64,000 bases of DNA from Macrostomum hystrix (taxonomy: Eukaryota > Animalia > Platyhelminthes), in contig CATNEN010000003.1 of NCBI GenBank assembly GCA_950097015.1, positions 10,726,001-10,790,000 on the forward strand, in the 5' to 3' direction. The position numbers and the translations under genes were made by a program. The notes below the pieces were generated by a model. The model worked only from the letters and a program-made list of their open reading frames with translations, was not told where the DNA came from and ran no database searches. This document shows, one piece after another, positions 46,640 to 60,094 of this stretch (position 1 is the stretch's first letter; the number at the start of each line of letters is the position of its first letter).

Positions 46640-47280
46640 TTCCTAATTATCCATTCCCACTAACCTAATTATCCCTTCGAAATTATCCCCTCGAAGTTTC
46701 CTAATTATCCCCTTCCTAGTTTTCCAATTATCCCTTCCTTGTTACCTAATTATCCCTTCCTAGTTTCCTAATTATCCCTTCCTACTTTCTTAATTATTTC
46801 TTCCTAGTTTCCTAATTATCCCTTCCTAGTTTCTTAATTATACCTTCCTAGTTTCCTAATTATCCCTTCCTAGTTTCTTAATTATACCTTCCTAGTTTCC
46901 TAATTATACCTTCCTAGTTTCCTAATTATCCCTTCCTAGTTTTCTAATTATCCCTTCCTCGTTTCCTAATTATCCCTTCCTAGTTTCCTAATTATGCCTT
47001 CCTAGTTTCCTAATTATCCCTTCCAAGTTTCCTAATTATCCCTTCCTAGTTTCCTAATTATCCCTTCCTAGTTTCCTAATTATCCCTTCCTAGTTTCCTA
47101 ATTATGCCTTCCTAGTTTCCTAATTATCCCTTCCAAGTTTCCTAATTATCCCTTCCAAGTTTCCTAATTATCCCTTCCTCGTTTCCTAATTATCCCTTCC
47201 TAGTTTCCTAATTATCCCTTCCAAGTTTCCTAATTATCCCTTCCTAGTTTCTTATTAATTATATTTTCCTAGTTTTCTAA
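46640..47280. repeat. 22-bp minisatellite (CCTTCCTAGTTTCCTAATTATC)n
   Basis: Tandem copies. Confidence 0.95.
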
Positions 47281-47869
47281 TTAATCTTCCCTCGTTTCTT
47301 TCATACCCCTCCATAGTTTCTCAATTACACACCAAAGGTTTCTTAACAATCCCAACCAAATTTTCAATTCAAATAGCAGATTGTTTTATCGAATCGAGTT
47401 AGAAAAATTTATCAAATTTCGTCTTTCAGTTTGGTAACTACGAGTATTTCAGTAATAATGTCTTATTTGTCCATCGAAAATCTTAATAATGTAATTTTGT
47501 GGATGAAAATTACCTCATCTTTTACGCTAGTAACTGCGGTCATGCGTTGTGTCACAACTCTACCCGACACAATCTATAAGAAATGCTTGCGTTTCACTAT
47601 CAGTTCACTATTAAGTGTTCTAATATACATAAACACATGTATATGCTGAATTCATGCTTAATTCATTCATTTTTGCCTCATTCATCAAAAACATGTACTC
47701 ATGATATAAAAACGAATTTTATTGTTGAAATAATTTCACTAGGCTCGTACTTTGTTGATAAGCTGATCAAGTCTTTGTTTAATTGATTTAAATGGTTCAA
47801 TTTATTTCAATCTCCTAATATAAGAAATGAAATCAAGTCTCTGATTTCAGAGACTCACTCTCTCAACAT

Positions 47870-49130
47870 TCTCTCCTGCCTGTCCCACACTCTCTCCTCC
47901 CTGTCCCACACTCTCTCCTGCCTGTCCCACACTCTCTCCTCCCTGTCCCACACTCTCTCCTGCCTGTCCCACACTCTCTCCTCCCTGTCCCACACTCTCT
48001 CCTGCCTGTCCTACACTCTCTCCTGCCTGTCCCACACTCTCTCCTGCCTGTCCCACACTCTCTCCTCCCTGTCCCACACTCTCTCCTGCCTGTCCCACAC
48101 TCTCTCCTCCCTGTCCCACACTCTCTCCTGCCTGTCCCACACTCTCTCCTGCCTGTCCCACACTCTCTCCTGCCTGTCCCACACTCTCTCCTGCCTGTCC
48201 CACACTCTCTACTGCCTGTCCCACACTCTCTCCTGCCTGTCCCACACTCTCTCCTGCCTGTCCCACACTCTCTCCCGCCTGTCCCACACTCTCTCCTCCC
48301 TGTCCCACACTCTCTCCTGCCTGTCCCACACTCTCTCCTCCCTGTCCCACACTCTCTCCTGCCTGTCCCACACTCTCTCCTGCCTGTCCCACACTCTCTC
48401 CTGCCTGTCCCACACTCTCTCCTGCCTGTCCCACACTCTCTCCTCCCTGTCCCACACTCTCTCCTGCCTGTCCCACACTCTCTCCTCCCTGTCCCACACT
48501 CTCTCCTGCCTGTCCCACACTCTCTCCTGCCTGTCCCACACTCTCTCCTCCCTGTCCCACACTCTCTCCTGCCTGTCCCACACTCTCTCCTGCCTGTCCC
48601 ACACTCTCTCCTGCCTGTCCCACACTCTCTCCTCCGTGTCCCACACTCTCTCCTGCATGTCCCACACTCTCTCCTGCCTGTCCCACACTCTCTCCTGCCT
48701 GTCCCACACTCTCTCCTGTCTGTCCCACTCTCTCTACTGCCTGTCCCACACTCTCTCCTGCCTGTCCCACACTCTCTCCTGCCTGTCCCACACTCTCTCC
48801 TGCCTGTCCCACACTCTCTCCTGTCTGTCCCACTCTCTCTCCTCCGTGTCCCACACTCTCTCCTGCCTGTCCCACACTCTCTCCTGCCTGTCCCACACTC
48901 TCTCCTGCCTGTCCCACACTCTCTCCTGCCTGTCCCACACTCTCTCCTGCCTGTCCCACACTCTCTCCTGCCTGTCCCACACTCTCTCCTGCCTGTCCCA
49001 CACTCTCTCCTGCCTGTCCCACACTCTCTACTGCCTGTCCCACACTCTCTCCTGCCTGTCCCACACTCTCTCCTGCCTGTCCCACACTCTCTACTGCCTG
49101 TCCCACACTCTCTCCTGCCTGTCCCACACT
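47870..49130. repeat. 21-bp minisatellite (CTCTCTCCTGCCTGTCCCACA)n
   Basis: About 60 copies; source of spurious GQAGESV/RECGTGR ORFs. Confidence 0.95.
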
Positions 49131-49528
49131 CTCCTCTCACCACATTCCAGTCGACAACTGAAATTGGAAAGGCTGATATTGAAATAAAAAATAGAAATAT
49201 TAATGACTTTTTATTAATGGCGTCCTGCAGGATGATGACAAAACGAGTTTTTGTCCTCAATTACGGTCTGTCACTTAGCAGTGCACGAGCTTTGAAAGTT
49301 GCAACACGGACATATTTATTATTTATTTTGTTGTAGAAAACATCAATACAAATCGAATGAAATAATATACCTTTTTTAGGAAAATGGGGGTCGGTCGGGG
49401 AGTTGTCATTTTCTAGGTTTATAGCTGCACGGAAATGAAAATAGCAGAGCTATATATTGTGCGATAAAATGTAAATTGTAATACGTTCGCAAGCTTATTC
49501 CGTAGAATCGTTATACTCGTACAAAATA

Positions 49529-50570
49529 TACGAGGGGTGTCCAAAAAGTAGTGATAATTTTGTAATTCAACGAGTTTGGTGTCATTGGAAAGCGGAAAGT
49601 TTCATCTTTAATTAATTTGACTACTAAAATATGACGAAATTCGAACTATTCAACAAGTTACAACTATACGACGCAATTAGCATGCGATCATCATCTGGAA
49701 GGGAATATTTTTTCAACATACGCTCGTATAGTTACCGCCAGAAATCACACACTTTTGCCAGCGACTGATTAAGCCATCAATCGCATCTGCGCAGACCTGT
49801 CGCGAAATCACGTGAACGAGAGGATTCGGTGAACTTACTGCTTCGGCCTATCAGATGGAACTTCAGATCTGGAAACAGCGCGAAGTCGGCAGGTGTGGAG
49901 GATCACCAGAGGAAGATCTGGTGAGTGTGGAGGATGAAGAACATCGAACTTTAGCCTTTTAATGGCCTCCCGATCCATTGTCTTTTGGGCAGTATGCGGC
50001 CGGGCGTTGTCATGGTGAAGGATGAACAGCCTGACTTCTGAGCGCCGGTTGTTCTGGATGTACGCCGTCTGGCTGGCAAGAAGATATGAATAACGGTCTG
50101 CATTGATGGTCGTATTGTGTCTCACGCCTAGCCTTGAGTGGTGGATCGGAACCTCTGACTGCACACACTTTTGACTCTTGCTTTGTCGGTGCGTCAAAAT
50201 GTGGAAACGTCTCGTCACCAGTGACAATCAATTGGCGGAAAAAATTCCAACCACCACGCTGACTGACCAGATTCAGGTTGCCTTGGCATGTCTGCTGGCG
50301 CTGCAGTCTCAGATCAGGCTTGAGGAGCTTTGTGACCCAACAGCCAAGGCTTCTGAACTTGGTGCCAGTGCATGGTCAATTCCTGCTGGCATGTGCAAGT
50401 CAGCCAACTCCCTGACTCAAATTTTTTTCGAACCAGCGGTACACCGTCATTCGACTTATCGCTTCAGCTCCATGAATGCTGCACAGATGACGGTGGATCT
50501 CCGACCCACTCTATCCGATGCTCCACAGTTGTGTTCACGTGATTCAATCGGTCGCAATTCTATCATTTTG
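49529..50570 (-). mobile_element. Decayed mariner (Tc1/mariner) transposon
   Basis: TIR-like TACGAGGGGTGTCCAAAAAGT at 49529; minus-strand fragments IVTGDET, LHHDNARPHTA, HPPHSPDL and AIDGLISRWQKCVISGGNY; many frameshifts; second TIR not found. Confidence 0.85.
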
Positions 50571-52679
50571 GCAGCTAGCGCGTGTACAATATACTAAAAC
50601 TCCCCAATGCACCGAAGATCTTTTGCAGAGCTTTTAGAGATCGTTTAAGCAAGTGAAACAATGCTAGATGCATATGCATCTACTTTCGATTCTGGTCTTT
50701 ATTCAGAGCACGATTGGTTTATTTAGGCTTATCTCGCCATGACGTTCCTATCAATTGTAATTTATATGTTGTATGTGTTGCATGTGCGTGTACAGTGCGA
50801 CGATAAGCGAAATAATTCAATAGATCATTCAATAGATATAGTTTTCCATGAACTGCAACTACAAGTCTACAAGCGAGACTACTACCGCACAAAATATCAA
50901 GATGGACATGATCTGATCTGAGTAGTCTGACAAAGTGGCTGAAAAATCGGGCATAAATGTACCCTCAATACTTTCTTCACTGCCACATATCTAGGCACTC
51001 AGATCTGAATTAAAGTAAACTTTCATTGAGCTAACCTAATAAAAATGTTGAGTGTATTGTTTAACTACGCTGTTTGAATTCCATTGCACACGTTTAAAGG
51101 GACGAAATTCAGCGAATTAACTTTAAAAAATTAAAAAATCTGTAAGTATCAGAATGAACAAACCAGCATGCTTGATGTTTGATACGAAACCATCGTCGAC
51201 TTAAAGTAAAGTAGTTTGTCTGTAACTAAATAATATTATATATTTCTTAATTTAGCTAAGTCAGCTTATAGAGAGTAATTTGTAATTTTTAATTGTCAGC
51301 AAAAATCGTTCATAGCTAAAAAATAATAGCTAATAGCTTACATAGCTAGATAATTATAATTAATACAGTAGCAAACATTAATAAATAATAAAAAAATTAA
51401 ATTCCTATCTAAATATTATGCTAGTTTCCTAATTTATCTTTTTTAAGGGAGTAGCACTGTTTAGGCAGCATTAAGCTTTAGCTTAGCTATTTTTTTCATT
51501 TCACTAGACTAATTGTTGGAGGGCTATTTCACTAATATTTCACAGCTGATCCCAAGTTGTCGTAGATCTCTTTTTATTATTATTTTAAATCCTACTGATA
51601 ACACTAATTATTACAACCAGTATAACACATATAATTCTTATATTAGAGTATTTGATAACTCTATGGTAGCATGTGAGTGTCCGAGCGGTAAGACACCTTC
51701 TATTTTATTAATATGAATAACTCATATATGAATAACTTATTTCGCACTGGTTATATTAGTAACACACAGTCTTATTAAATTTCCAGTCCCAACGCAGGGC
51801 TTCCAATGGATCGGAGGGTATCAGTTACCCACGCACTTACTTATGGAAAATCACTATTTCTTCCTCACCCTTTACAGGCTTATTTATCAAATGCACTCCT
51901 TTACAGGTAATTCCTTTATCACACCCTTTACAGGCTTTTAAACACTTAATTCGGATCCAACCCTTCTTTTGCTTTTACTGTTCAATACGAATTGTTCGTC
52001 TGAATTTATAGCTTTCCAGCTTGACAAATAAATGACAATCTTCGAAATTCTGCTTCTTCTAAGCTTTTCAAGTCTAGTTGCACGAATCGAATAACCAGTT
52101 AATGGTATGAACGGTCGAGAGACGGTTGATCTTTCTCCTCCAAAATACGTGTGTATATATATAGATTGGCGGGGGTGGTTCCCCGGTGCATTAAAACAAA
52201 CGGTGTATTAAAACAAAGGGTGCATTAAAACAAATATTAAATTTCCTTACTTTTCGCGTAAATTTAAAAGAAAAATATAGTATAATTATTCGCCTATTAC
52301 ATAATTTTAGCTGGTTTAGATAAAAAGATTAAAGAATTTTTATAGTCAATTTTTTTGCAGTTCAATAGTAAAGTTTATCTTAAAAATGTGTGCTTTCCCT
52401 GTCAATTGTGTGCTTTCTTGTTGGCAAGTTTTTATCTTAGCCAGGGAAATTCTAAGACTGCTCTTAATAAAATAGCCTGAGCATGTAGGATAACATCTAA
52501 AAAGACCCCCATTCACTTCAATAGCCAATTGGGTTTTGCAGTGGCTGTTTCTGTGGGCCCCTATGCAATAATTCTAAAATTGTTCATAGTTCTGTGCAAA
52601 TAAAACATAGGACTAGGTCATACTTTTCAGATGGTTAGAATCCTGATCCTATTTTGTTGCTAATTTAATAAGTATTGGT

Positions 52680-53140
52680 GAGAGTGAATGTGAGATATAT
52701 GAAAGGGAATGTGAGATGGATAAGAAGGAATGTGAGATGGATAAGAAGGAATGTGAGATAGATTAGAGGGAACAGGAGTGAGAGAATGTGAGATAAGTGA
52801 CAGGGAATGTGAGATTGTGAGAGAGAATGGGAGATTGTGAGAGAGAATGGGAGATGGGTGAGAGGAAATGGGAGATGGTGAGAGGAAATGGGAGATGATG
52901 AGAGGGAATGGGAGATTGTGAGAGAGAATGGGAGATGGGTGAGAGGAAATGGGAGATGGTGAGAGGGAATGGGAGATGGATGAAATAGAATGGTAGATGG
53001 GTGAAATAGAGTGGTAGATGGTAAGATGGGTGAAATAGAATGGTAGATGAGTGATACCGAGTGGGAGATGGGTGAGTGAGAGGGAATGGGGGTGGTTGAG
53101 AGGGAATGGGAGATAGGTGAAAGGGAGATGGGTGAGTGAA
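52680..53140. repeat. Degenerate ~20-bp purine-rich minisatellite
   Basis: GAATGGGAGATGGGTGAGAG-like units. Confidence 0.85.
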
Positions 53141-53679
53141 TAAGAAATTATGTACTGTAGTTTGTTTATGTTTTCTGAACTATGCTGTATAGTAATTAAT
53201 GTTGTGGTTTTCCATTTAGTTTAGAAATTTTTCTGATGTGTTTATGATTGTCATGACATTATAATTTAATTTTTTTAAGCTCTCTTGTGTAGTAATTTAA
53301 TTCTGCAATTAAATTGTTATTGAATCATTCATTGCTGAAGTACCTATTTTAGATTAATTCTTTTTCTATCAAATTTTGTTAGTTTTATGGCATATATATA
53401 TACTATATAGTAATATTGTAAAGAATATTACAAATTTATTCATTATTTTATTTTTTAGATAGCTGCTTCATAAAACTATACCTAGCTATGATTTTATGCA
53501 TTCACATGCTTTGATTAGCCACTTTATTTTCATATAAACATTCAAATTTATATACCCATGGAGGGGCACAATATATAAAAAATGAAGAAACTGCTATTAA
53601 TAAAGTCGTATCTATTATTTTCAGACAATTTTTTGTGCAACATTTATTTTCTAAATTTGATTTATAAAAAGCAATCGAA

Positions 53680-55929
53680 ATGGCAACAGGAGACAGGGAG
53701 CATTCTTCAATTGATGGACAGCTCCCACTTACACAAGACTGTGTAGGTATGACAGACTGTAATGGCAGCTCCTGTGCCACAGTCACTGCTGAGTTAAGCA
53801 ATGAGCTCCAAATTTTGCGCAATAGAATTGATCAATTGGCGTCGCTTGAACAGTTCAGGTCTGATGGAGAAAGAATTCAGTCTAATCTTCAGGATATGTG
53901 AGTATTGGTTTCATATTTTTGTATTGAACATATTATTTACTTCTCAATGAAACACTGCTTGCTTTGCACAACATCTTACTCCAGTGTACACACACATCCT
54001 TATAATTCGCTACCCAATGTGCATTTTCTCTAATGTACATTTAAAACAAATCCTAACCTAATGTACATCCAATGTAAACCAATTCCCTATCCCAATGCAC
54101 TCTTGTCGAACCCCTTTACCCCCAATGTACATTCACTCTAGTCCAACCCCCTTACCCCCATGTACATTTACTCTAGTCCAACCCCCCTTACCCCAATGTA
54201 TATTTACTCTAGTCCAACCCCCCTTACCCCAATGTATATTTACTCTAGTCCAACCCCCTTACCCCCATGTACATTTACTCTAGTCAAACCCCTTTACCCC
54301 CAATGTACATTCACTCTAGTCCAATCCCCTTACCCCAATGTACATTTACTTCAGTCTAATCCCTCCTACATTTTCCAGAAGGACCAACTGGTCCGAGCAC
54401 TGTGCTGCGTGGCGGATTGGTCGAGATCAGCAAAACAGTTATTTAGGTAAGCTCAATTTACATTATAATATTCCTACAGCTTATAACTTTGTACCAGTGT
54501 CTATAATAACTGATCATTGCTGTTTTGTTTTCAGCCAGCATCGAACATCGATTGCAAAGTCTGGAATCAGACACTGCACTGCTAGCCAAACGGCAAAGTC
54601 AGTTAGAACAGGTAGAATATTATAGTAGCTTTAATAATGTGTGTGAGTTCTCTGTCAATAATTGATTTTTACTTATGAAAAAACTGCTTAATCAGAACCG
54701 TAGCCGTTCTGGAGTTCAAAAAAACAGGACTCATGTATTTTGAAAGAATATTTAGACATTGAGCATGTTTAAAGCATTTTGAAATCAGATTAAGGAATCT
54801 TAGCAATCAGATTCAGGCATCGAGAAATGAGATTCAGATATCTAGAAATGAGATTCAGATATCTAGAAATGAGATTCAGGCATCTAGAAATGAGATTCAG
54901 ACATCTAGAAATGAGATTCAGATATCTAGAAATGAGATTCAGATATCTAGAAATGAGATTCAGACATATTAGAAATGAGATTCAGACATATTAGAAATGA
55001 GATTCAGGCATCTAGACATGAGATTCAGACATCTCTAGAAATGAGATTCAGATATATTAGAAATGAGATTCAGACATCTAGACATGAGATTCAGATATCT
55101 AGAAATGAGATTCAGACATCTAGAACTGAGATTCAGACATCTAGAAATGAGATTCAGACATATTAGAAATGAGATTCAGGCATCTAGAAATGTGATTCAG
55201 GCATCTAGAAATGAGATTCAGACATATTAGAAATGAGATTCAGGCATCTAGACATGAGATTCAGACATCTAGAAATGAGATTCAGATATATTAGAAATGA
55301 GATTCAGGCATCTAGACATGAGATTCAGACATCTAGAAATGAGATTCAGATATATTAGAAATGAGATTCAGACATCTAGACATGAGATTCAGACATCTAG
55401 AAATGAGATTCAGATATATTAGAAATGAGATTCAGACATCTAGACATGAGATTCAGACCTTCAGAAAACATATTCTGTGGTTATAGAAGCGAATTGGTTA
55501 AGCTTGAGTTCGCTCTCCTGTTCTGAGCAGGAGCTGCATCAAGTGCGCAGTCAGCAGGCCGGTCTCCTGGCTTCCCTCTCAGTCTTGGAGAATCATGTCG
55601 CCAATTGTCCACAGCAGTTTTCGCAATCCAACACCGCTGCGACATCAGCAAACGATGCCGAAATCATTAATAACCTTCGCGCTCGGTTAAACCATTTGGA
55701 GAATTTTATGAGAGAACAGCAGCAACAGCAGCAACAGACTAACGGCAAAACGTCGATTCGTCATCGACAAAGACGACGTCACAGGTCGCCGCCGACTACA
55801 ACTACGACGACAACGTCGGGCGATTTGTCCTCGGATGAAGATTTCGTCAACAACGGTGTGTGGCAGTCGAGGCAGGCTTCCAGTACCAGCAGCGGCTGGT
55901 CTGAGGAATCTCTACACGGGTTGGACTAG
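53680..55929 (+). CDS. Uncharacterised coiled-coil protein; exons 53680-53897, 54379-54446, 54535-54611, 55531-55929; 253 aa
   Basis: Phase-consistent GT-AG junctions (762 nt); heptad-like segments LSNELQILRNRIDQL, IEHRLQSLESD..LEQELHQV, INNLRARLNHLE; low-complexity tail. Confidence 0.7.
54060..54350. repeat. About 37-bp intronic minisatellite
   Basis: AATGTACATTTACTCTAGTCCAACCCCCTTACCCC units. Confidence 0.85.
54810..55460. repeat. 21-22-bp intronic minisatellite (GAGATTCAGACATCTAGAAAT)n
   Basis: Tandem copies. Confidence 0.93.
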
Positions 55930-56199
55930 TTTTTTTGGCCTTCTATTTTTACTGGTAGCTATCTATTGGTGACTCTGAGGATAGGTTTACTGGGTTAGAA
56001 GTTATGGCGGGTCTGGCGGCCTCCCCGAGTCCATGGACTGAACAGCTGTATGAGTAGCTTTTAGATATGCCTGCTATGGTGCGACTGTGTCACTGGCTGT
56101 ACGTCTGGTCTTACTAATTAGTTGGTTGTCATTTTCTTTGCATATTTCAGTTTTTTTATTATATAACCTCAGCATCTAAAGTTAAGATTTCCAAATATC

Positions 56200-56670
56200 T
56201 AAGTAAGAATTCGACATCTAAAGGTGAGATTTCAACATCTCTACGTGAGATTTTAACATCTCTCGGTGGGATTTCAACATCTCTAGGTGAGATTTCAGCA
56301 TCTCGGCGGGATTTCAAGATCTCTTGATGAGTTTTCTTCATCTCTAGGTGAGATTTCAACATCTCTAGGTGAGATTTCAACATCTCTAGGTGAGATTTCA
56401 ACATCTCTAGGTGAGATTTCAACATCTCTAGGTGAGATTTAAACATCTCTTAGTGAGATTTAAACATCTCTAGGTGAGATTTCAGCATCTCGGCGGGATT
56501 TCAAGATCTCTTGATGAGTTTTCTTCATCTCTAGGTGAGATTTCAACATCTCTAGGTGAGATTTCAACATCTCTAGGTGAGATTTCAACATCTCTAGGTG
56601 AGATTTCAACAACTCTAGGTGAGATTTCAACATCTCTAGGTGAGATTTCAACATCTCTAGGTGAGATTTA
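56200..56670. repeat. 21-bp minisatellite (CTCTAGGTGAGATTTCAACAT)n
   Basis: Tandem copies with a duplicated sub-block. Confidence 0.92.
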
Positions 56671-57994
56671 AACGTCTAAGGAGTAATTAAAAATCTCGGA
56701 GAGAAAAAATATGTCTATCTTAGATTTAACATTTCTAAGTTGATCACAAGCACAATTGTTATTATTTTTTGAAGCGCCATTAATAAATTAAATACTACTG
56801 ACCAATGCCCATTACATACTACTCATTAGAATTGTATTTCATTAAAGTGATCCGACATGTATCGAAATATTGATAATCTACTACGTTGGAGTGATAATTT
56901 CAAGTTCTTATAGCATCATTCTCAATCATAAATCCGGTAATAAACCATCCATTGTTGCAGTTTCCATCCGCCGTACTGTTTTGCTGAGATGTGAAATACT
57001 ATTTTATTTTATTTTTTCGGTTTATAAAATGCCCTGGTGGCACTTGTCACATATTTTCCTTTAAACGTTTCATTTAATCGTATAACAAGCTAACGTTTTA
57101 CATGTGTTCCAGTTCACCTCAATATTCTACCTTCATTAACACTAACTTAACTTTTTGTTTTGTCAACACTGAGAAAAACAGTTTATAAGAAATCATTACT
57201 GTTTTGTATGTGAAGTTTTCAATAAATAATCTAGTTAAACAGCAAACTTTGTCTATTTAGTTTGTTCATTCCATCGAAGTTCTTTGACTTTTTAGAGTTT
57301 TCTAGTAAAATAAAAAATAAAGCTTTTATTTCTTACAATGCTACTTACTAGTAGAGTGATGCGTGCTTTTTTGGTGCGCAAAAATAATGTATATTTAAAT
57401 GGACTACCTGCTTGCCTGCTTCTTTTATTTCAGTCATTTATTTCAAGCTGAGTCAGAGCTGTTTAGTCCAAGAGATTGGCTATCCATAAAACACGTGATT
57501 GGTCCAACATAAATTTACCAATTCTTTTCCATCTTTAAGGTTTATAGAGTTTTTCACTTTAAAGCCGCATTGTTAACCTTTGTACCTAATCTAGCTTTCT
57601 TTATGTCGCTTAATCAGCTATACTTTACTTCAGGTAACGTTACACTTTATGTTTATCAGTTTAAGCTTTTGAACGTCGCTAAACTTAGTTATGACAACTT
57701 CAGTTTCAAAAATTCGGAACAATCAAAAATGCTTCCATACACTTTTATTTAAAACAAAAGCTACTATTTTGGTTTATAATTTTCTTCATTCACATCTACT
57801 TTTTTTCAATCTAAAAATCTGTCTAACCTCACCTATAAAATTTTAAATATTTTGTGTTAGCCAAAATAAATACGATTGACACGTTAGTGTGTCCATTTTC
57901 TATTTATTGTCATTTAAATTTTGCTTGTACTATTTGATTTTTTTTAAATAAAGCAAGCCGAGACTTTAATTACAAAAATACACACATTCAAAAA

Positions 57995-58497
57995 ACCCGA
58001 TTCCCCTCTCACCCTCAATGTACACACACCCCAGCCAACCCCGATTCCACCCTCAATGTACACACCCTAGCCAGCCCAGATTCCCCTCTCACCCTCAATG
58101 TACACACACCCCAGCCAACCCCGATTCCACCCTCAAGGTACACACCCCAGCCAGCCCCGATTCCCCTCTCACCCTCAATGTACACACCCCAGCCAGCCCC
58201 GATTCCCCTCTCACCCTCAATGTACGCACATCCCAGCCAATCCCGATTCCCCTCTCACTCTCAATGTACACACACTCCTAGCCAGCCCCGATTCCCCTCT
58301 CACTCTCAATGTACACCCACTCCTAGCCAGCCCCGATTCCCCTCTCTCTCTCAATGTACACACACTCCTAGCCAGCCCCGATTCCCCTCTCACTCTCAAT
58401 GTACACACACTCCTAGCCAGCCCCGATTCCCCTCTCACTCTTAATGTACACACACTCCTAGCCAGCCCCGATTCCCCTCTCACCCTCAATGTACACG
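57995..58497. repeat. About 40-45-bp C-rich minisatellite
   Basis: CCCGATTCCCCTCTCACCCTCAATGTACACACAC...AGCCAG units. Confidence 0.9.
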
Positions 58498-58571
58498 CAC
58501 AACATCGTGGTCAGTTTTGTGTTATCTCTTATAAAAGAGTTCATAATCCTCACTGCAGCTACTTGGCAGTG

Positions 58572-59090
58572 ATGTCCAAGTCAAACGCTGGGCCGCAGCA
58601 GTACTACGCCAGGATACCAGCCTACGCCTCCGCCTTACACTCGGGCCCAAACGGCGCCAGGCCGCACCGGGTGTCCGTTGAACCAGACGCCGGTCGTTTC
58701 GTTGGCGACTGGCGCTGGTGGAATGGCGATAACAATAGTTCTAACCAGGGCTGCGGTCAGCACACTAGCAGCCTAGCCCAGTTGGGCAAAAGTCCGCGCG
58801 GAACATTCGTACCCCGGCCGAGATCCAGTCTGCCCGGCGAAGTCGGCTGGGCGCCCGCCGTGTTCGGTCCGGCTCCTCTGCCGCCGCCACCGCGCGGTCA
58901 TCAGTTGGAGATGACGGAGTTCTGGTCGGATCTGGAGCATCGCTATAGCTACAGGTATCTGGGAGCTTATAGGCCACCGCCTAGCAATCAGCAGCAAACC
59001 AATGCTGGAACTGGTGACTCTAGTAGTGGCGGCGGCGGTCAGCGAGGAGACGAAGTTTCCAGTCAGAGCTCTGTTGCTGAGAAGAAATGA
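58572..59090 (+). CDS. C4orf45/SPMIP2 (DUF4562)-like protein, 172 aa
   Basis: GC-rich coding-like ORF after an acceptor (CACTGCAG, 58558); motifs SGPNGARPHRV..RFVG, PGEVGW, GHQL...EF...EHRYSYRY...RPPP recalled as resembling DUF4562; not verified by search. Confidence 0.55.
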   Translation: MSKSNAGPQQYYARIPAYASALHSGPNGARPHRVSVEPDAGRFVGDWRWWNGDNNSSNQGCGQHTSSLAQLGKSPRGTFVPRPRSSLPGEVGWAPAVFGPAPLPPPPRGHQLEMTEFWSDLEHRYSYRYLGAYRPPPSNQQQTNAGTGDSSSGGGGQRGDEVSSQSSVAEKK

Positions 59091-59239
59091 TACTAATGAG
59101 GCTGTTAGAAGAAATGATTTTGGATTCTGTTTTCTTTAAAAATATTTTCTTTAGCTTAATTTTTAATTTCGTCTTTAATTTGTTGCGCAAAATTATTTCT
59201 CGCAAAATTATTTCCTGAGATTATTGTGACGATTCCGAA

Positions 59240-59645
59240 TCTCCCAGTGAGAATTCATGATCTCCCAGTGAGAATTCAGGATCTCTCAGTGAGAATTCAT
59301 GATCTCTCAGTGAGAATGCATGATCTCCCAGTGAGAATTCATGATCTCTCAGTGAGAATGCATGATCTCCCAGTGAGAATTCATGATCTCACAGTGAGAA
59401 TTCATGATCTCACAGTGAGAATTCATGATCTCTCAGTGAGAATTCATGATCTCTCAGTGAGAATTCATGATCTCCCAGTGAGAATTCATGATCTCTCAGT
59501 GAGAATTCATGATCTCCCAGTGAGAATTCATGATCTCTCAGTGAGAATTCATGATCTCACAGTGAGAATTCAGGATCTTTCAGTCAGAATTCAGGATCTC
59601 TCAGTGAGAATTCATGATCTCCCAGTGACAATTCAGGATCTCGCC
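59240..59645. repeat. 21-bp minisatellite (CAGTGAGAATTCATGATCTCT)n
   Basis: About 19 copies. Confidence 0.95.
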
Positions 59646-60094
59646 GTGATAATTGATGATCTCTTATGAATTGTAGGTCTTCGTTCACTCGGAAAAAAAA
59701 TTTGCCGTCCACTCAGCTGATTTTTTTATATCATATTTTTTCTCCTTTAAACACTCCTTTGATCAGATATTAACTGCTGAAAAAAATTACTTTGCATCTT
59801 TAACTTTTTTCTGTTTCATAAAACCGTATTTTACAAAGAAATTTTAAGAGATATTTTGCTTGCTTATGTTTTTGCGTTAGCCAAGCCAATTTCCTAGATT
59901 TCTTTTACCGGATTTGTCTATTTTTTACTTCCTTTTTGAAGCATGACTGACACATCTTTCTTAAGTAAATAGTACACAGCTGCTTTCACTGTTAAATGTG
60001 TTCCATTATACTACTGATTTTAATTACCCCTTTTCTTAATCCCTAATAGATTCCCAAAAATTTCACCCTTTATCTTCAGATCCCTACTTATTTT

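Noticed and set aside
47847-49260. GQAGESV / RECGTGR repeat ORFs (collagen- or adhesive-like)
   Set aside because: A 21-bp minisatellite open in several frames with no unique coding flanks, signal peptide or splice support.
51660-51700. tRNA-like A-box fragment GTGTCCGAGCGGTAAG
   Set aside because: No B box or cloverleaf follows; cannot support a tRNA gene.
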